64,000 bases of DNA from a bacterium (GTDB lineage Bacteria > 4484-113 > JAGGVC01): contig JABRWB010000012.1 of the NCBI GenBank assembly GCA_039961635.1, positions 22,273 through 86,272 on the forward strand, in the 5' to 3' direction. Both the position numbers and the translations under genes were made by a program. Positions 1-9,683 of the stretch are shown piece by piece; position 1 is the stretch's first letter; the number at the start of each line of letters is the position of its first letter. The notes beneath the pieces were generated by a model, which saw only the letters and a list, made by a program, of their open reading frames with translations, was not told the origin of the DNA and did no database searches.

Positions 1-2144
1 TATCGGTAGGCAAGTTCGAGTTTTGAATTTACGAAATTTACCGGAAGAAGGTTGCCTTGAATGCGGCTCGCCAATTCGAGGTCGTTGGCAATATGCTCCT
101 TGTACGCTTCGAGCGCCTCGCTGTGTTCTTTCAGGTTCTCGAAGTTGTATGCGTTCATGAGCGCGCTGGCGAGCTGGCTCGCGACCGTTTCGAGAACCGC
201 GATATCGGATTCCTTGAAGGAATTCGCCGCGCGGTTGGCAACGTCCAGAACTCCCAGAATATGCCTGCCCTTGGTAATCGGGATTGCGATTTCGCTCTGG
301 ATGTTCAGCGCACCGGGAAAGTGGTTCACGAACCGCTCGTCTTTGGAGCAGTCAGGCGCGAATTGGGTCTTTCCGCTTTGGGCGGCGATTCCGATCAAAC
401 CTTCACCGACCGGCACGCGCAGCCCGACATCTATGTAGTCTCCATCTTTTCCGACCGAGCTGTAAAGGTAAAGGCTTCCTATAGCTTCGTCTACGAGAAA
501 AAGAAAAACGTTGTCGTAGCCGAACAACTCGATGAGATTGCGGCCGGCTTCCTTCAAAATCGTGTCGATATGAAGCGACTCCAGAACGCGCTGGGAGAGC
601 TTGTAAATCAGCGCGAACTGCTCGCTCCTGCGCTTTTCAAACTCCAGCAACCTTGCGTTTTGGAGAATCGCCGCAAGCTGGCTGGACAACTGGGTGATGA
701 AGCTGATGGTCGGAGTATCGAACGAATCCGGCTTGTCGCTTTCAAACACAAGCAGGCCGAGCAATTCGTTCTTGTAAATCATGTTTACCACGAGAAGCGA
801 CTGAATCGCTCCGGGGTATGCTTCGGTCACGCCGAAACTTTCAAGGGTGTTGACGTCGAGCTTTCCGACGAACAGTTGCGAAGGCATTCCGCTTTTGAAA
901 GACTGCCAAAGCGGGCTTTTGTGAACGCCCACATCTTCCCCCAGCGGATATCTCGCCGGATTAGGAGGCCGGCATTCGGCCCGGAATGCTCCCAGGTTCT
1001 GCTCGTCGGCAAGCAACAGCGAGAACCTGGTGTAGTGGAAAAGATCCTTCAGCTCCCTGTCCAGCGTGTCCACTATGTCGGAAAGCTTCAAACTTTCATT
1101 AAGCGCCTTGCCGATTTTGACGATCCTGCTGAAAAGCAGATTCCTGGCTATCAAATCGCGTTCGAGCTCGTATCTCTCCGTCACGTCGCGGGCGATGGCG
1201 AGGATGTATACCTGGTCGCCCAGATCCAGCCGCACCGTCCGAAAGTTTGCGATTACGCGTTTGCCGTCCGCGCCCACAAGTTCGAGATCCAGCGAGCGCG
1301 GGCTTTCGCCCGGCTCCATCGGACGGAAAAGCTCCGCCGCGTCCTCGATTTCCTCCGGCGGGAATATGTAAATTATGTTTTTGCCAAGCAAGTCGAACGC
1401 ATTGCAGCCCGTCAATCTTTCGAAGGCCGGATTGCATTCGGTGATGACCAGCGTTTCCGCGTCGATAAGAACGATCGCGTCGCCGGCCTTCGCAACGACC
1501 TGGCTGTATCGCGATTCCGCGTCCAACAGCGCCAGGTTTTGCTCGGTCAGCATTCCCAGAGCCTCCCGGTACTTGGACTCATCCTCCAAACGGACGAGCA
1601 CCTTTCCGCCTCCGGCGGGAAGGAAATCCAGCGTGGCGGTAAAGCTGTACCTTTCCCTGGGAAGCTGCTGGATAAGCGTCAATTTGCACCTTTGCTTGTT
1701 CTGTTTCAGCGATTTGAAAGACTCGATGACCGATTGCCTGCTGGAATCGTCAAACAGGTTCGCCACCAGCAGCGAGCGCGTTGGAATCAGCTCCACATAT
1801 TGCCCGAGATAAGGATGACGCCGCCATTCTTCGTTTACTTCCAGCACGCGCCCCGTTTTGTCGCAAACCGCAATCGCGCCGACCGAATGATTGAAGATAA
1901 ACTCAAGCTCCTGGCGCGATTTCCTCACGGGCGGGATTTGGGTCCGGGCGTTGCTTTTCAGAATATAAAAAAGGACGGCAAAAAGCGCAACCAAATTGGC
2001 CGCGGAAATCGCGATTGGGGTGGGAATCGGGCCGATGCCGGACGGCGCGGCGAAATGCAGTATCGCGTCCAGCACCGTCACGAGCAGAAGGAATCCGGCG
2101 AAAATGGCGGCGATCTGCCTCCAAGATATATTCGCCGTTGACAT
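1..2144 (-). CDS. Membrane-anchored PAS-domain sensor fused to an RsbU/SpoIIE-type PP2C serine phosphatase. The 3' end (phosphatase domain) lies beyond the window start.
   Basis: Hand translation of the minus strand from ATG (complement of 2142-2144) gives MSTANISWRQIAAIFAGFLLLVTVLDAILHFAAPSGIGPIPTPIAISAANLVALFAVLFYILKSNARTQIPPVRKSRQELEFIFNHSVGAIAVCDKTGRVLEVNEEWRRHPYLGQ, i.e. a TM helix followed by PAS-like motifs. The same frame at nt 120..1 reads EALEAYKEHIANDLELASRIQGNLLPVNFVNSKLELAYR, the typical start of SpoIIE/PP2C domains (DLxLAxxIQxxLLP). The track omits this ORF because its stop lies outside the window. The + strand ORF 57..2141 is its antisense shadow. Confidence 0.7.
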   Translation of the reverse strand, partial: MSTANISWRQIAAIFAGFLLLVTVLDAILHFAAPSGIGPIPTPIAISAANLVALFAVLFYILKSNARTQIPPVRKSRQELEFIFNHSVGAIAVCDKTGRVLEVNEEWRRHPYLGQYVELIPTRSLLVANLFDDSSRQSVIESFKSLKQNKQRCKLTLIQQLPRERYSFTATLDFLPAGGGKVLVRLEDESKYREALGMLTEQNLALLDAESRYSQVVAKAGDAIVLIDAETLVITECNPAFERLTGCNAFDLLGKNIIYIFPPEEIEDAAELFRPMEPGESPRSLDLELVGADGKRVIANFRTVRLDLGDQVYILAIARDVTERYELERDLIARNLLFSRIVKIGKALNESLKLSDIVDTLDRELKDLFHYTRFSLLLADEQNLGAFRAECRPPNPARYPLGEDVGVHKSPLWQSFKSGMPSQLFVGKLDVNTLESFGVTEAYPGAIQSLLVVNMIYKNELLGLLVFESDKPDSFDTPTISFITQLSSQLAAILQNARLLEFEKRRSEQFALIYKLSQRVLESLHIDTILKEAGRNLIELFGYDNVFLFLVDEAIGSLYLYSSVGKDGDYIDVGLRVPVGEGLIGIAAQSGKTQFAPDCSKDERFVNHFPGALNIQSEIAIPITKGRHILGVLDVANRAANSFKESDIAVLETVASQLASALMNAYNFENLKEHSEALEAYKEHIANDLELASRIQGNLLPVNFVNSKLELAYR

Positions 2145-2327
2145 GACTAGATTCCGTCGGCCTCCTGCGTCGGGATGCGCCCACCCGCCGCGGATCGCGC
2201 GCGAATCGGGTCGGCGGCTTTGATTATAGCCGTGCTGCAAATAGGTGGCAACCCGCGAATGGCCCGCGAACGGAGCTTTCGATGGCTGTCAATTTGTTTT
2301 CGGACGCATTCCGGCTCGGTTTAGGCG

Positions 2328-2356
2328 TTTGCCGGAAGGTGTTTGGGGGGTATAAT
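2328..2356 (+). promoter_or_regulatory. Sigma70-like promoter: -35 TTTGCC (2328-2333), 17-nt spacer, -10 TATAAT (2351-2356).
   Basis: Hexamers read directly; SD GGAGG lies upstream of ATG 2379. Confidence 0.35.
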
Positions 2357-2378
2357 CAAGGCGCGGAGGTGTACGCAG

Positions 2379-3038
2379 ATGGTCAGACTCGCAATTAGCT
2401 TCGCTTTTGCCGTTGCGCTTCTTTCGGGCGCGGCATTCGCGCAGGGAACGGTGGACGGCACCGTGAAGCACGCTTCGGGGCTGTTCGAATACACGAAAAT
2501 TTCGCTCAAGGGAACTCATAGCGATCAATTCTTCACCTATTGGGTTGGCAGCGCGAAGGGCGTGTCCGCTCCGCTCTGGTACGATCCCTACAACCGGATA
2601 TGGGTGGAGGGGCCGATTTCTTATACACGGTCTACCCTTCCATTCGGGAACGGCCTAGTTGAAGGCTGGACGCGTTCCTACGGGGACGGAAGCGTTGACA
2701 AACGCTTCTTTTTCGGTGTGGACGGCCACGTTTACATGAGAAAGGACGTCTTCCGCAAGCGCAAGATGCAAAACAACCGCCGCCGCAAGCGGCTCGTTTA
2801 CTCATATTGGATGGATTTGGTCACCGGCAAGCGCAGCGATTGGGTATATGCGGAGCCCGGCGAAGCGGTACCCACTCAAGCGGAAATAGAAGCCGCCGCG
2901 GCCGCCGAAACGCCCGCCGAGTCCTTCCCCAACTGGAAGGAGGCTGACGAAAAACCGGTAATCGAAGAGGAGCCGCTCACGGAAGAGGAGCAGCTATCGC
3001 TCGGCGCCGCCATCCGCCAGACGATATCAGGCGGCTAG
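2379..3038 (+). CDS. Hypothetical secreted protein with N-terminal signal peptide.
   Basis: ORF 2343..3038. The likely start is MVRLAISFAFAVALLSGAAFAQG at 2379, preceded by GGAGG. No recognisable domain. Acidic, Pro/Ala-rich C-terminus. Confidence 0.5.
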   Translation: MVRLAISFAFAVALLSGAAFAQGTVDGTVKHASGLFEYTKISLKGTHSDQFFTYWVGSAKGVSAPLWYDPYNRIWVEGPISYTRSTLPFGNGLVEGWTRSYGDGSVDKRFFFGVDGHVYMRKDVFRKRKMQNNRRRKRLVYSYWMDLVTGKRSDWVYAEPGEAVPTQAEIEAAAAAETPAESFPNWKEADEKPVIEEEPLTEEEQLSLGAAIRQTISGG

Positions 3039-3130
3039 ACTTTCTTTTTCCCGGCCGACGGTTCAGTAATTACAACATCGGAGAATGCGCTTGTGCCGTT
3101 TCTAGCACGCTGGCTGCCCGGCCCGGCCTA

Positions 3131-3158
3131 TTGATTTGGCGGAGATAGGAATATAATC
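3131..3158 (+). promoter_or_regulatory. Sigma70-like promoter: -35 TTGATT (3131-3136), 16-nt spacer, -10 TATAAT (3153-3158), upstream of tdh.
   Basis: Hexamers read directly in an otherwise GC-rich intergenic region. Confidence 0.4.
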
Positions 3159-3211
3159 TGGCCTTGCCCGCCCGGGCCGAGTGCTCAATCCGGCGGGCCG
3201 GAGTACCGCTA

Positions 3212-4270
3212 ATGCCCGAAACGATGCTTGCCGCAGTGAAAGCCAAGCCCGCGCCCGGATGCGAGCTGATGGACGTCGCCATCCCCGCGCCCGTGGATAA
3301 CGAAGTGCTTATCAAGGTCGTGCGCACCTCCGTTTGCGGAACCGATCGTCACATATATACATGGGACGAGTGGGCGCAGGGGCGCATCAAGCCGCCGTTG
3401 GTATTCGGCCACGAGGGATGCGGCGAAATCGTCGCGGTCGGCCCAGGCGTGCGCTCGATGAAAGTCGGCGACTTCGTTTCGGCGGAGACACACATCCCCT
3501 GCGGTTTCTGCTTCCAGTGCCGCACCGGCAACCAGCACATCTGCAGCCATCTCACGATCCTCGGCGTTGACGTGGACGGCGTCTTCGCGCAGTACGCCAA
3601 GTTCCCGGAAACCGTCTGCTGGAAGAATCCGCCGGACATGAATCCCGACCACGCGAGCATCCTCGAACCTTTCGGCAACGCGTGCTACACGGTGATGGAG
3701 TCGCAAGTATCGGCGAAGGAAATCCTGATTACGGGCGACGGGCCGATCGCCGCGTTCGCCGCGGGCATCGCGCGCGCGGTGGGAGCGACCAAAATTATCG
3801 TAACGGGCCTTGTTGACTTCCTGCTGGAAATCTGCAAGCAAATGGGCGCGGATTACGTGATAAATGTCGGCAGGGAAAAAGATCCGAAGGCGTTTATCAT
3901 GGATCACACGGGCGGAGAGGGAGTGGATGTTGTGCTTGAAATGTCCGGAGCTCAAGCTGCGATAAACCTCGGCTTCAACGTGCTTAAAAAAGCGGGCACA
4001 TTCACCGCGTTCGGAATAAGCACGCAGGACGTTATTTCGTGGCCCATGAACAACGGCGTCGTCTTCAAGGGGGCGAAGATTCTGGGTATCAACGGCCGCA
4101 AGATGTTCGAGACGTGGTACCAGAGCCGCAACCTTCTTATGGCGGGGCGCGTGGACCCGTCTCCGGTCATCACGAACCGGTTCGCGCTGAAAGAAATAGA
4201 CGCGGCGCTGAAATCCATTTTTCTAGAAGGCCGCAGGGCCAGCAAGGTGACGATCGACCCGTGGGGGTAG
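3212..4270 (+). CDS. tdh: L-threonine 3-dehydrogenase (zinc-dependent MDR family).
   Basis: Strong resemblance to Tdh throughout: CGTDRHIYTWDEW, VFGHEGCGEIVAVG, GxGPIG-like Rossmann motif, RKMFETWY. Start at ATG 3212 (MPETM); the alternative ATG 3224 (MLAAVKAK) aligns to the canonical Tdh N-terminus. Confidence 0.85.
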   Translation: MPETMLAAVKAKPAPGCELMDVAIPAPVDNEVLIKVVRTSVCGTDRHIYTWDEWAQGRIKPPLVFGHEGCGEIVAVGPGVRSMKVGDFVSAETHIPCGFCFQCRTGNQHICSHLTILGVDVDGVFAQYAKFPETVCWKNPPDMNPDHASILEPFGNACYTVMESQVSAKEILITGDGPIAAFAAGIARAVGATKIIVTGLVDFLLEICKQMGADYVINVGREKDPKAFIMDHTGGEGVDVVLEMSGAQAAINLGFNVLKKAGTFTAFGISTQDVISWPMNNGVVFKGAKILGINGRKMFETWYQSRNLLMAGRVDPSPVITNRFALKEIDAALKSIFLEGRRASKVTIDPWG

Positions 4271-4431
4271 GGATTTGCATCGCACTAATTCCAACTGCTG
4301 TTTTATAGGCAAATTTCCGTTGCACTTCAATTTCACGGCATAAAGGCAAATTATCGGATATAATAAAGGTGGCGGCTCGATGGGGTTGTGCCGCCCTATC
4401 GGAGCGCACTTTGCGGGAAAGGGAGACCCGT

Positions 4432-7400
4432 ATGGGCAGGCTTCATTTTCGTTTTGCATATCATCGAAATTCGTTATTGCCGGCGGTTTTCCTTGCAATC
4501 GGCGCCGTCATTGTTTTTGCCAGTTGCCGTGCAGCCGGGCGGCTGTTCGATGCGTCCAATCCGTCGTCGCAACCTCAAAATCTCGTTCCGCCGGCCATTG
4601 AAAACTCGGACCCCGGCGCGCTCTTGGATGCAATATCGGAGATAAGCGAGTTCGAGGTACCGCAAGACGCCGATCCTCAAACCTTCGATATTTTGCGCGC
4701 AAAGCTCATTGAATTTGTTACATCCGCATCCTCCAGAAAATCGGGACTCCGCGAAGCATCCAGCGTGCCAAAGGCAGGATTCGGCGCGGTATCCGATCTC
4801 ATTTACGATGAAGAATCTGGCACGCTATCCTGGACTTATACGAATTGGGGCGATTACGACGGCAGCGGCGAAGTAAATGTGGCCGATATAACGCCGATAG
4901 CCATGTATTTCGGCTCGAAGGTGGAAGACGGCGCCGGATATCCGGAACTTAAAAGGTGGATCGACGGCGACGGCGATGGCGAAATAGGTGTTAGCGATAT
5001 CGTCCCGATCGCTTTGAATTACCTGGGCGAAGTTTGGGGCTACGCCGTGTTCGCGTCAGAAACCCGCGACGGAGCTTTTTCGGCCAAGCTTCCGGGAAGC
5101 GTTGAAACAACGACGGGGGCGGGCATCCCCAAGCGCTGTTCGTTCGAAGTTCCGGCGGAGGCAGGAAATTTTTTCGTGGTAAGGCCGCTCGACGGATCTG
5201 GTAATTATGGAGAGGCGAGCAACATTGCGCCAAAAGGAATCGAGCCGCGGGTTTTGTCCGTAACACCTACTTCGGGCGACCAGGGAAGCGTGGTAACGTT
5301 CGAGGCGCAGGTCGAAGGAAGCGAACCACTCACGTATTTTTGGGATTTCGGAGGCGCCGCACTGCCGAATAATGCGACCGACGCATCGCCTGAAGTCGTG
5401 CTGACTACATATGGTGATTTCCAGGCCACGCTTACTTTATCGAATGCACTCGGCTCCCATGCTTTCGAATTCCCCCTTTCGGTTGTGCCGGTCGGAACCG
5501 CGCCCGAAATACTTTGGGTGCTTCCCGAAACCGCGGTCGAGGGCGAATTCGTGCCGTTTATGCCGTTCGTTACCGGCTCCGCGCCGCTTTTGGCGGAGTG
5601 GGATTTCGGCGAAGGAGCTTCGCCACGGTACTCGAACGAAGCAGCGCCGCTTGTGATATGGGACGAGCCGGGCGATTACAGCGTGCATCTCAAGGTGTCG
5701 AATTATTTCGGCTCTGACGAGGTTGTCATTGTAATTCACATAATTCGCCAAGGAGTATCGCCGGTAGTTTTCGGCGCATCGCCAATAAAGGGGGCAGAAG
5801 GAGAAACGGTCAAGTTCATACCCTTGATTGGCGGCTCGTATCCGATGGACTTCAACTGGCAGTTCGGCGAGGCCGCAACTCCCTCTACAACAACCGACAG
5901 ATTCCCGGTGGTCACGCTGGGTCATCCGGGCAAGTACAGATGCGTTCTGACCGCGTCGAATTACTTCGGTACCGACGAAACGACTTTCGAATTAACTGTC
6001 ACCGACGGCGACGCGTATGGCAACTGGCCCCAGCCAGGCCGCTGGGCGACTCACCGGAGCAGGGCGGATGTGCCGGTTGCAGTGGACAGCGAGAATCCGC
6101 GGGCTGGGAGGATACTCGGATTGCCGGGCAAGGTGGATTCAAGCCCGATTGTGGACGAGTACGGCGCGGTTTATGTCGTTGTGGCGGACGAGTCCGCAGA
6201 TCCCCCGATTGACAGGTTTTGCGCTGCCAAACGGTCAGGCGATATCGAAGTGCTTTTCGAAGCCGTCGACATAATTGACGATCCTGTGATGGACGGCGAA
6301 GGCAGGATATTCCTGAAAGCGGGCGATGGAACGGAGTATTTCCTATATGCGATAGGCCGCGGCTATGGAAACTTGCTTTGGTCCAAGCCTATTGGCGGGG
6401 CGGCGCTTGGATTGGCTTGCACCAAAGATGGAAAAGTCGTTGCAGGAACTTCGATTCCGAACTCGGAACCTTCCGTAAAGTCCTATTGGAATACGGGAGA
6501 ACTCAGATGGTCGATTTCCGCAAAGTCGGAAGGGCCGGGAAGCATCGCTATTGCACCGGACGAAACCGCGTACATTTTTGGCGAAGATGGAATCAAGGCA
6601 TTTGGCTATGATTCGGGCGTTTCATGGTCAAAGTACTGGTCCTATTATGGGGATGGAGGCATATCTATCGGGTTGGGCGGGGAAGTTCTGCTTGCCGCGT
6701 GGCAAGAAAAACTTGTTGCCTTTGATCGTCTCGGCACGGAATTATGGCTAGGCGGGTTGACCGCATGCAGCGGGCCTCCGGCAGTCGGGATTGACGGCTC
6801 CGTATATTATGGAGTGTATCCCAATTACCTGGATTCAATTTCGCAAGAAGGTCAGCAATTGTGGAGCACGGAGTTCACCAATTTGGGGTGGTACGATGGC
6901 GAGGCCAACGGACCATTGATTTCAGCGCCGGCTATGGATTCAAACGGCACGCTGTATTTTCTTTTCTTCGGCCAGATCGATGACCAGAGTCAGGTAGTTT
7001 CCATATCCTCTACCGGAGAATTGCTTTGGGAGTATCCGGTCGGCTCGGTTCAAGTCCACCACAATCCCGCAATCAGCGCCGACGGCAGGCTTTTCGTACC
7101 CGCGGGCGATCTTTACGTTTTCGGCGGAGAAGTGACCGGTCCGCAGGCTGCGCTCGATGTCTCGGAATCAACTGGACAAGTCCCGTTTACGGTGACGCTC
7201 GATGCGTCGGGTAGCACTGACGAAGACGGCTCGTTGCTTACTTACGAATGGGATGTGGAAGGCGACGGCGTTTGGGATTTCAATTCGGGATACGCGCCGA
7301 AAGTCAGGCATACCTACACGCATCCGGGAAGCTATTCGCCGGTAGTCAAAGTGTCCGACGACGGTGAAAGCGATTATGCTCAAGCATCGGTTACTGCATC

Positions 7401-8469
7401 GCCAAGCATGCACGACAAGGAGTGGCACATAACGGTATTGGATTCCGGTTACAATGGCTACTATCGACCATCGATGATTGTGAGTGAGAACAAACCGGGC
7501 ATCGCTATTTCAAAATATGGCGTACTCTTTTATTTGTCGGCATTGGATCCGTATGGACAATCTTGGAATGCGCCAATCGATCCCGGTTTTTCAAATTTCG
7601 GCTTGGTTTTCACTGCATCGGAGATCCTTGGAAAACCTGCAATGGCATTCAGTTCCGACCTGTTCAACGATTACCTGGCTTATGCAACTGCCGAAGACCA
7701 GTCAGGTTTTGTTTGGAGCCCTCCCGTGTCGGTGGATTATCTTATGTATCATGATCCACTTGGTATTTCGTTGCAGGAAGTAAACGGGAATCCTGCAGCT
7801 GCTTTTTCGCGATTTGCGCGTGGCTTTTGGTTCATCCATGCAAACGACCCGGATGGAATATCTTGGGCAGCACCCGTTCAACTTGAGCCCGGGGGAATGA
7901 ACTACTGGGAATACTCGGTATCGTTGGTTGAAGCAGGTGGCAAACCTTGCGTTTTCTACGTCCATGACAACCAGCTAAAGGCAACCGTGGCTCTGGATGC
8001 CAACGGCGACGAATGGAATTCCTCTGTCACTCTCGATGATTTGGAACTAAACTATAGCGAAAACCGTGTAGTGGCAGCGATAGAAGTATCGGGTTGTCCT
8101 GCTGTTGTTTATTTCAATGGAAGCGGAATTTACTATATGCGCGCTTTGGATCCCGAAGGAACAAGTTGGGGCAATAGGGTATTCATAGATAATTCCAATT
8201 CGAATTTTTCGCCTTCGGCAGGAATTATTGGTGGAGTGCCTGCAATTGCATATGCACAACACTTGAATGTGCCAGGGATGTTCGACGGATGCGCGCTCGC
8301 CATCATTCGCGCCACCGATGCGGACGCTACCAGCTGGGGCGAGCCCGAAATCATCGACAGCCTGGGCGACGTTGGCCATTTCGCCTCCATCGCCGAAAAT
8401 TCCGTCGGGCCTTGCATCGCGTATCAGGATCGCACGAAACAGGCGCTGAAGTTCGCAATTTATTATTGA
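4432..8469 (+). CDS. Giant secreted lipoprotein with an N-terminal dockerin-like module, PQQ/BamB-like beta-propeller repeats, a PKD domain and C-terminal repeated propeller-like blades.
   Basis: ORF 4369..8469. Likely start MGRLHF... at 4432 with SD AAGGGAG. Signal peptide ends ...VIVFASC (lipobox). Dockerin-like pair GDYDGSGEVNVADITPIAMYFG / IDGDGDGEIGVSDIVPIALNYL. PKD-like segment VTLDASGSTDEDGSLLTYEWDVEGDGVWDF. Repeated blade-like segments with conserved W/G pattern in the C-terminal half. Confidence 0.75.
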   Translation: MGRLHFRFAYHRNSLLPAVFLAIGAVIVFASCRAAGRLFDASNPSSQPQNLVPPAIENSDPGALLDAISEISEFEVPQDADPQTFDILRAKLIEFVTSASSRKSGLREASSVPKAGFGAVSDLIYDEESGTLSWTYTNWGDYDGSGEVNVADITPIAMYFGSKVEDGAGYPELKRWIDGDGDGEIGVSDIVPIALNYLGEVWGYAVFASETRDGAFSAKLPGSVETTTGAGIPKRCSFEVPAEAGNFFVVRPLDGSGNYGEASNIAPKGIEPRVLSVTPTSGDQGSVVTFEAQVEGSEPLTYFWDFGGAALPNNATDASPEVVLTTYGDFQATLTLSNALGSHAFEFPLSVVPVGTAPEILWVLPETAVEGEFVPFMPFVTGSAPLLAEWDFGEGASPRYSNEAAPLVIWDEPGDYSVHLKVSNYFGSDEVVIVIHIIRQGVSPVVFGASPIKGAEGETVKFIPLIGGSYPMDFNWQFGEAATPSTTTDRFPVVTLGHPGKYRCVLTASNYFGTDETTFELTVTDGDAYGNWPQPGRWATHRSRADVPVAVDSENPRAGRILGLPGKVDSSPIVDEYGAVYVVVADESADPPIDRFCAAKRSGDIEVLFEAVDIIDDPVMDGEGRIFLKAGDGTEYFLYAIGRGYGNLLWSKPIGGAALGLACTKDGKVVAGTSIPNSEPSVKSYWNTGELRWSISAKSEGPGSIAIAPDETAYIFGEDGIKAFGYDSGVSWSKYWSYYGDGGISIGLGGEVLLAAWQEKLVAFDRLGTELWLGGLTACSGPPAVGIDGSVYYGVYPNYLDSISQEGQQLWSTEFTNLGWYDGEANGPLISAPAMDSNGTLYFLFFGQIDDQSQVVSISSTGELLWEYPVGSVQVHHNPAISADGRLFVPAGDLYVFGGEVTGPQAALDVSESTGQVPFTVTLDASGSTDEDGSLLTYEWDVEGDGVWDFNSGYAPKVRHTYTHPGSYSPVVKVSDDGESDYAQASVTASPSMHDKEWHITVLDSGYNGYYRPSMIVSENKPGIAISKYGVLFYLSALDPYGQSWNAPIDPGFSNFGLVFTASEILGKPAMAFSSDLFNDYLAYATAEDQSGFVWSPPVSVDYLMYHDPLGISLQEVNGNPAAAFSRFARGFWFIHANDPDGISWAAPVQLEPGGMNYWEYSVSLVEAGGKPCVFYVHDNQLKATVALDANGDEWNSSVTLDDLELNYSENRVVAAIEVSGCPAVVYFNGSGIYYMRALDPEGTSWGNRVFIDNSNSNFSPSAGIIGGVPAIAYAQHLNVPGMFDGCALAIIRATDADATSWGEPEIIDSLGDVGHFASIAENSVGPCIAYQDRTKQALKFAIYY

Positions 8470-8529
8470 TATCTATAGGGCCGCGACGAAACAGGTGCTT
8501 TCTAGCCGCACAAGTTTACGCGATCGAGA

Positions 8530-8558
8530 TTGACCGCGTTTGCCGCGAGTGCTATACT
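8530..8558 (+). promoter_or_regulatory. Sigma70-like promoter: -35 TTGACC (8530-8535), 17-nt spacer, -10 TATACT (8553-8558), driving the cobalamin riboswitch and btu operon.
   Basis: Near-consensus hexamers with ideal spacing immediately upstream of the riboswitch. Confidence 0.5.
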
Positions 8559-8564
8559 CCTCCC

Positions 8565-8790
8565 GTTCCGTCGGCGGGAAGCCGGTGCAAATCCGGCACG
8601 GACCAGCCACTGTGAGGCGGACTCCCCGGCACTACGCCATTGCCTTCGGGCGAGAAGGCGCCGGGCGGGGTTGAAACCGAGTCAGGAGACCGGGCGGAAA
8701 CTTCAGGGCTTCTCGGAGTAAGCCGCGATGGCTTTCGGCTTTCGCTGTTTCGGCATTGCGATATCTGTATCGGGTGCGCGGCCCGTGCGG
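8565..8790 (+). promoter_or_regulatory. Cobalamin (B12) riboswitch.
   Basis: Conserved core GGGAAGCCGGTGCAAATCCGGCACGGACCAGCCACTGTGA (8575-8615), including the B12 box GCCACTG. Located in the leader of an ABC importer and TonB receptor operon. Confidence 0.75.
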
Positions 8791-8792
8791 TT

Positions 8793-9683
8793 ATGCGCGC
8801 ACGTTCGCATTGCAATGCCCGGATGTGTTCCCGCTCCGAAGCCCGCCGGGGGTGCGGGCGTCTGAGCGCAAGAGCGGCGGTAAACGCAGCGGGAATTTCG
8901 TTCGGATACGACGGCGGGCGCGTGATTGACGGGCTGTCGCTGTCGGTCGCGCCGGGCGAGCTGGTCACGATTAGCGGGCCGAACGGGAGCGGGAAAACGA
9001 CTTTACTGAATCTGCTTTCGGGCGCGCTTGCGCCGGATTCGGGCACGGTCGAGATAAACGGCAAAGCGGTTGCGGATTTCAGCCGCCGGGAGCTTGCAAA
9101 GGCCGTCGCACTGATGCCGCAGTACCTTCCTTATTCGCCCTGGCTGACGGTGCGCGAGATTGTCGCGCTGGGGCGGTATCCGCATATGCCTGCGGCGTTT
9201 TCGCTGTGGGAGCGGGGCGATGACGCATCGGAAGGGAAAGTAGCGGAGGCGATGGAGAAGGCCGGAATTGCGCATCTCGCGGACCGGCTGTCGGGTGAAA
9301 TAAGCGGCGGTGAGCTGCGGCGGACGCACCTGGCACGGGTGCTTGCGCAGGGCGCTTCGATTGTATTGGCGGACGAGCCGACGGGCGATCTGGATTTGCA
9401 GCACGTCGGCGGGATGATAGCGACATTGCGCGGGCTCGCGGAGGGGGGGGCGGCGGTCGCGGCCGTCACGCATGATCTCAACTTCGCGCTGGCGCTCGGT
9501 GGCAGGCTGGTTCTGATGGCGCGCGGGAAAATTGCGGCAGACGGAATCGCGGACGAGATGCTGACGCAAGAGCGGCTTGCGTCGCTTTACGGCGGCGGAT
9601 TCAGAATCGAGGCGCTCGTTTCGGGGGGGAGGGCGGTGCTTCCCGCGTCTTCCGGCCAAGGATTGGAGGCGCATAATGGTTGA
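8793..9683 (+). CDS. btuD: ABC transporter ATP-binding protein (cobalamin/iron-siderophore import type).
   Basis: Walker A GPNGSGKTT, ABC signature LSGGELRR, Walker B ILLADEPT. In-frame ATGs at 8793 and 8823; the track start 8640 (TTG) lies inside the riboswitch. Symbol assigned by operon context only. Confidence 0.85.
   Translation: MRARSHCNARMCSRSEARRGCGRLSARAAVNAAGISFGYDGGRVIDGLSLSVAPGELVTISGPNGSGKTTLLNLLSGALAPDSGTVEINGKAVADFSRRELAKAVALMPQYLPYSPWLTVREIVALGRYPHMPAAFSLWERGDDASEGKVAEAMEKAGIAHLADRLSGEISGGELRRTHLARVLAQGASIVLADEPTGDLDLQHVGGMIATLRGLAEGGAAVAAVTHDLNFALALGGRLVLMARGKIAADGIADEMLTQERLASLYGGGFRIEALVSGGRAVLPASSGQGLEAHNG

Noticed and set aside
57-2141. 694-aa plus-strand ORF at the left edge
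   Set aside because: The translation is Arg/Gln-rich with no domain. The opposite strand encodes a coherent TM-PAS-PP2C protein in one frame; this ORF is its antisense shadow.
3209-3955. 248-aa minus-strand ORF overlapping tdh
   Set aside because: Antisense to a confidently identified tdh; Arg/His-rich nonsense translation.
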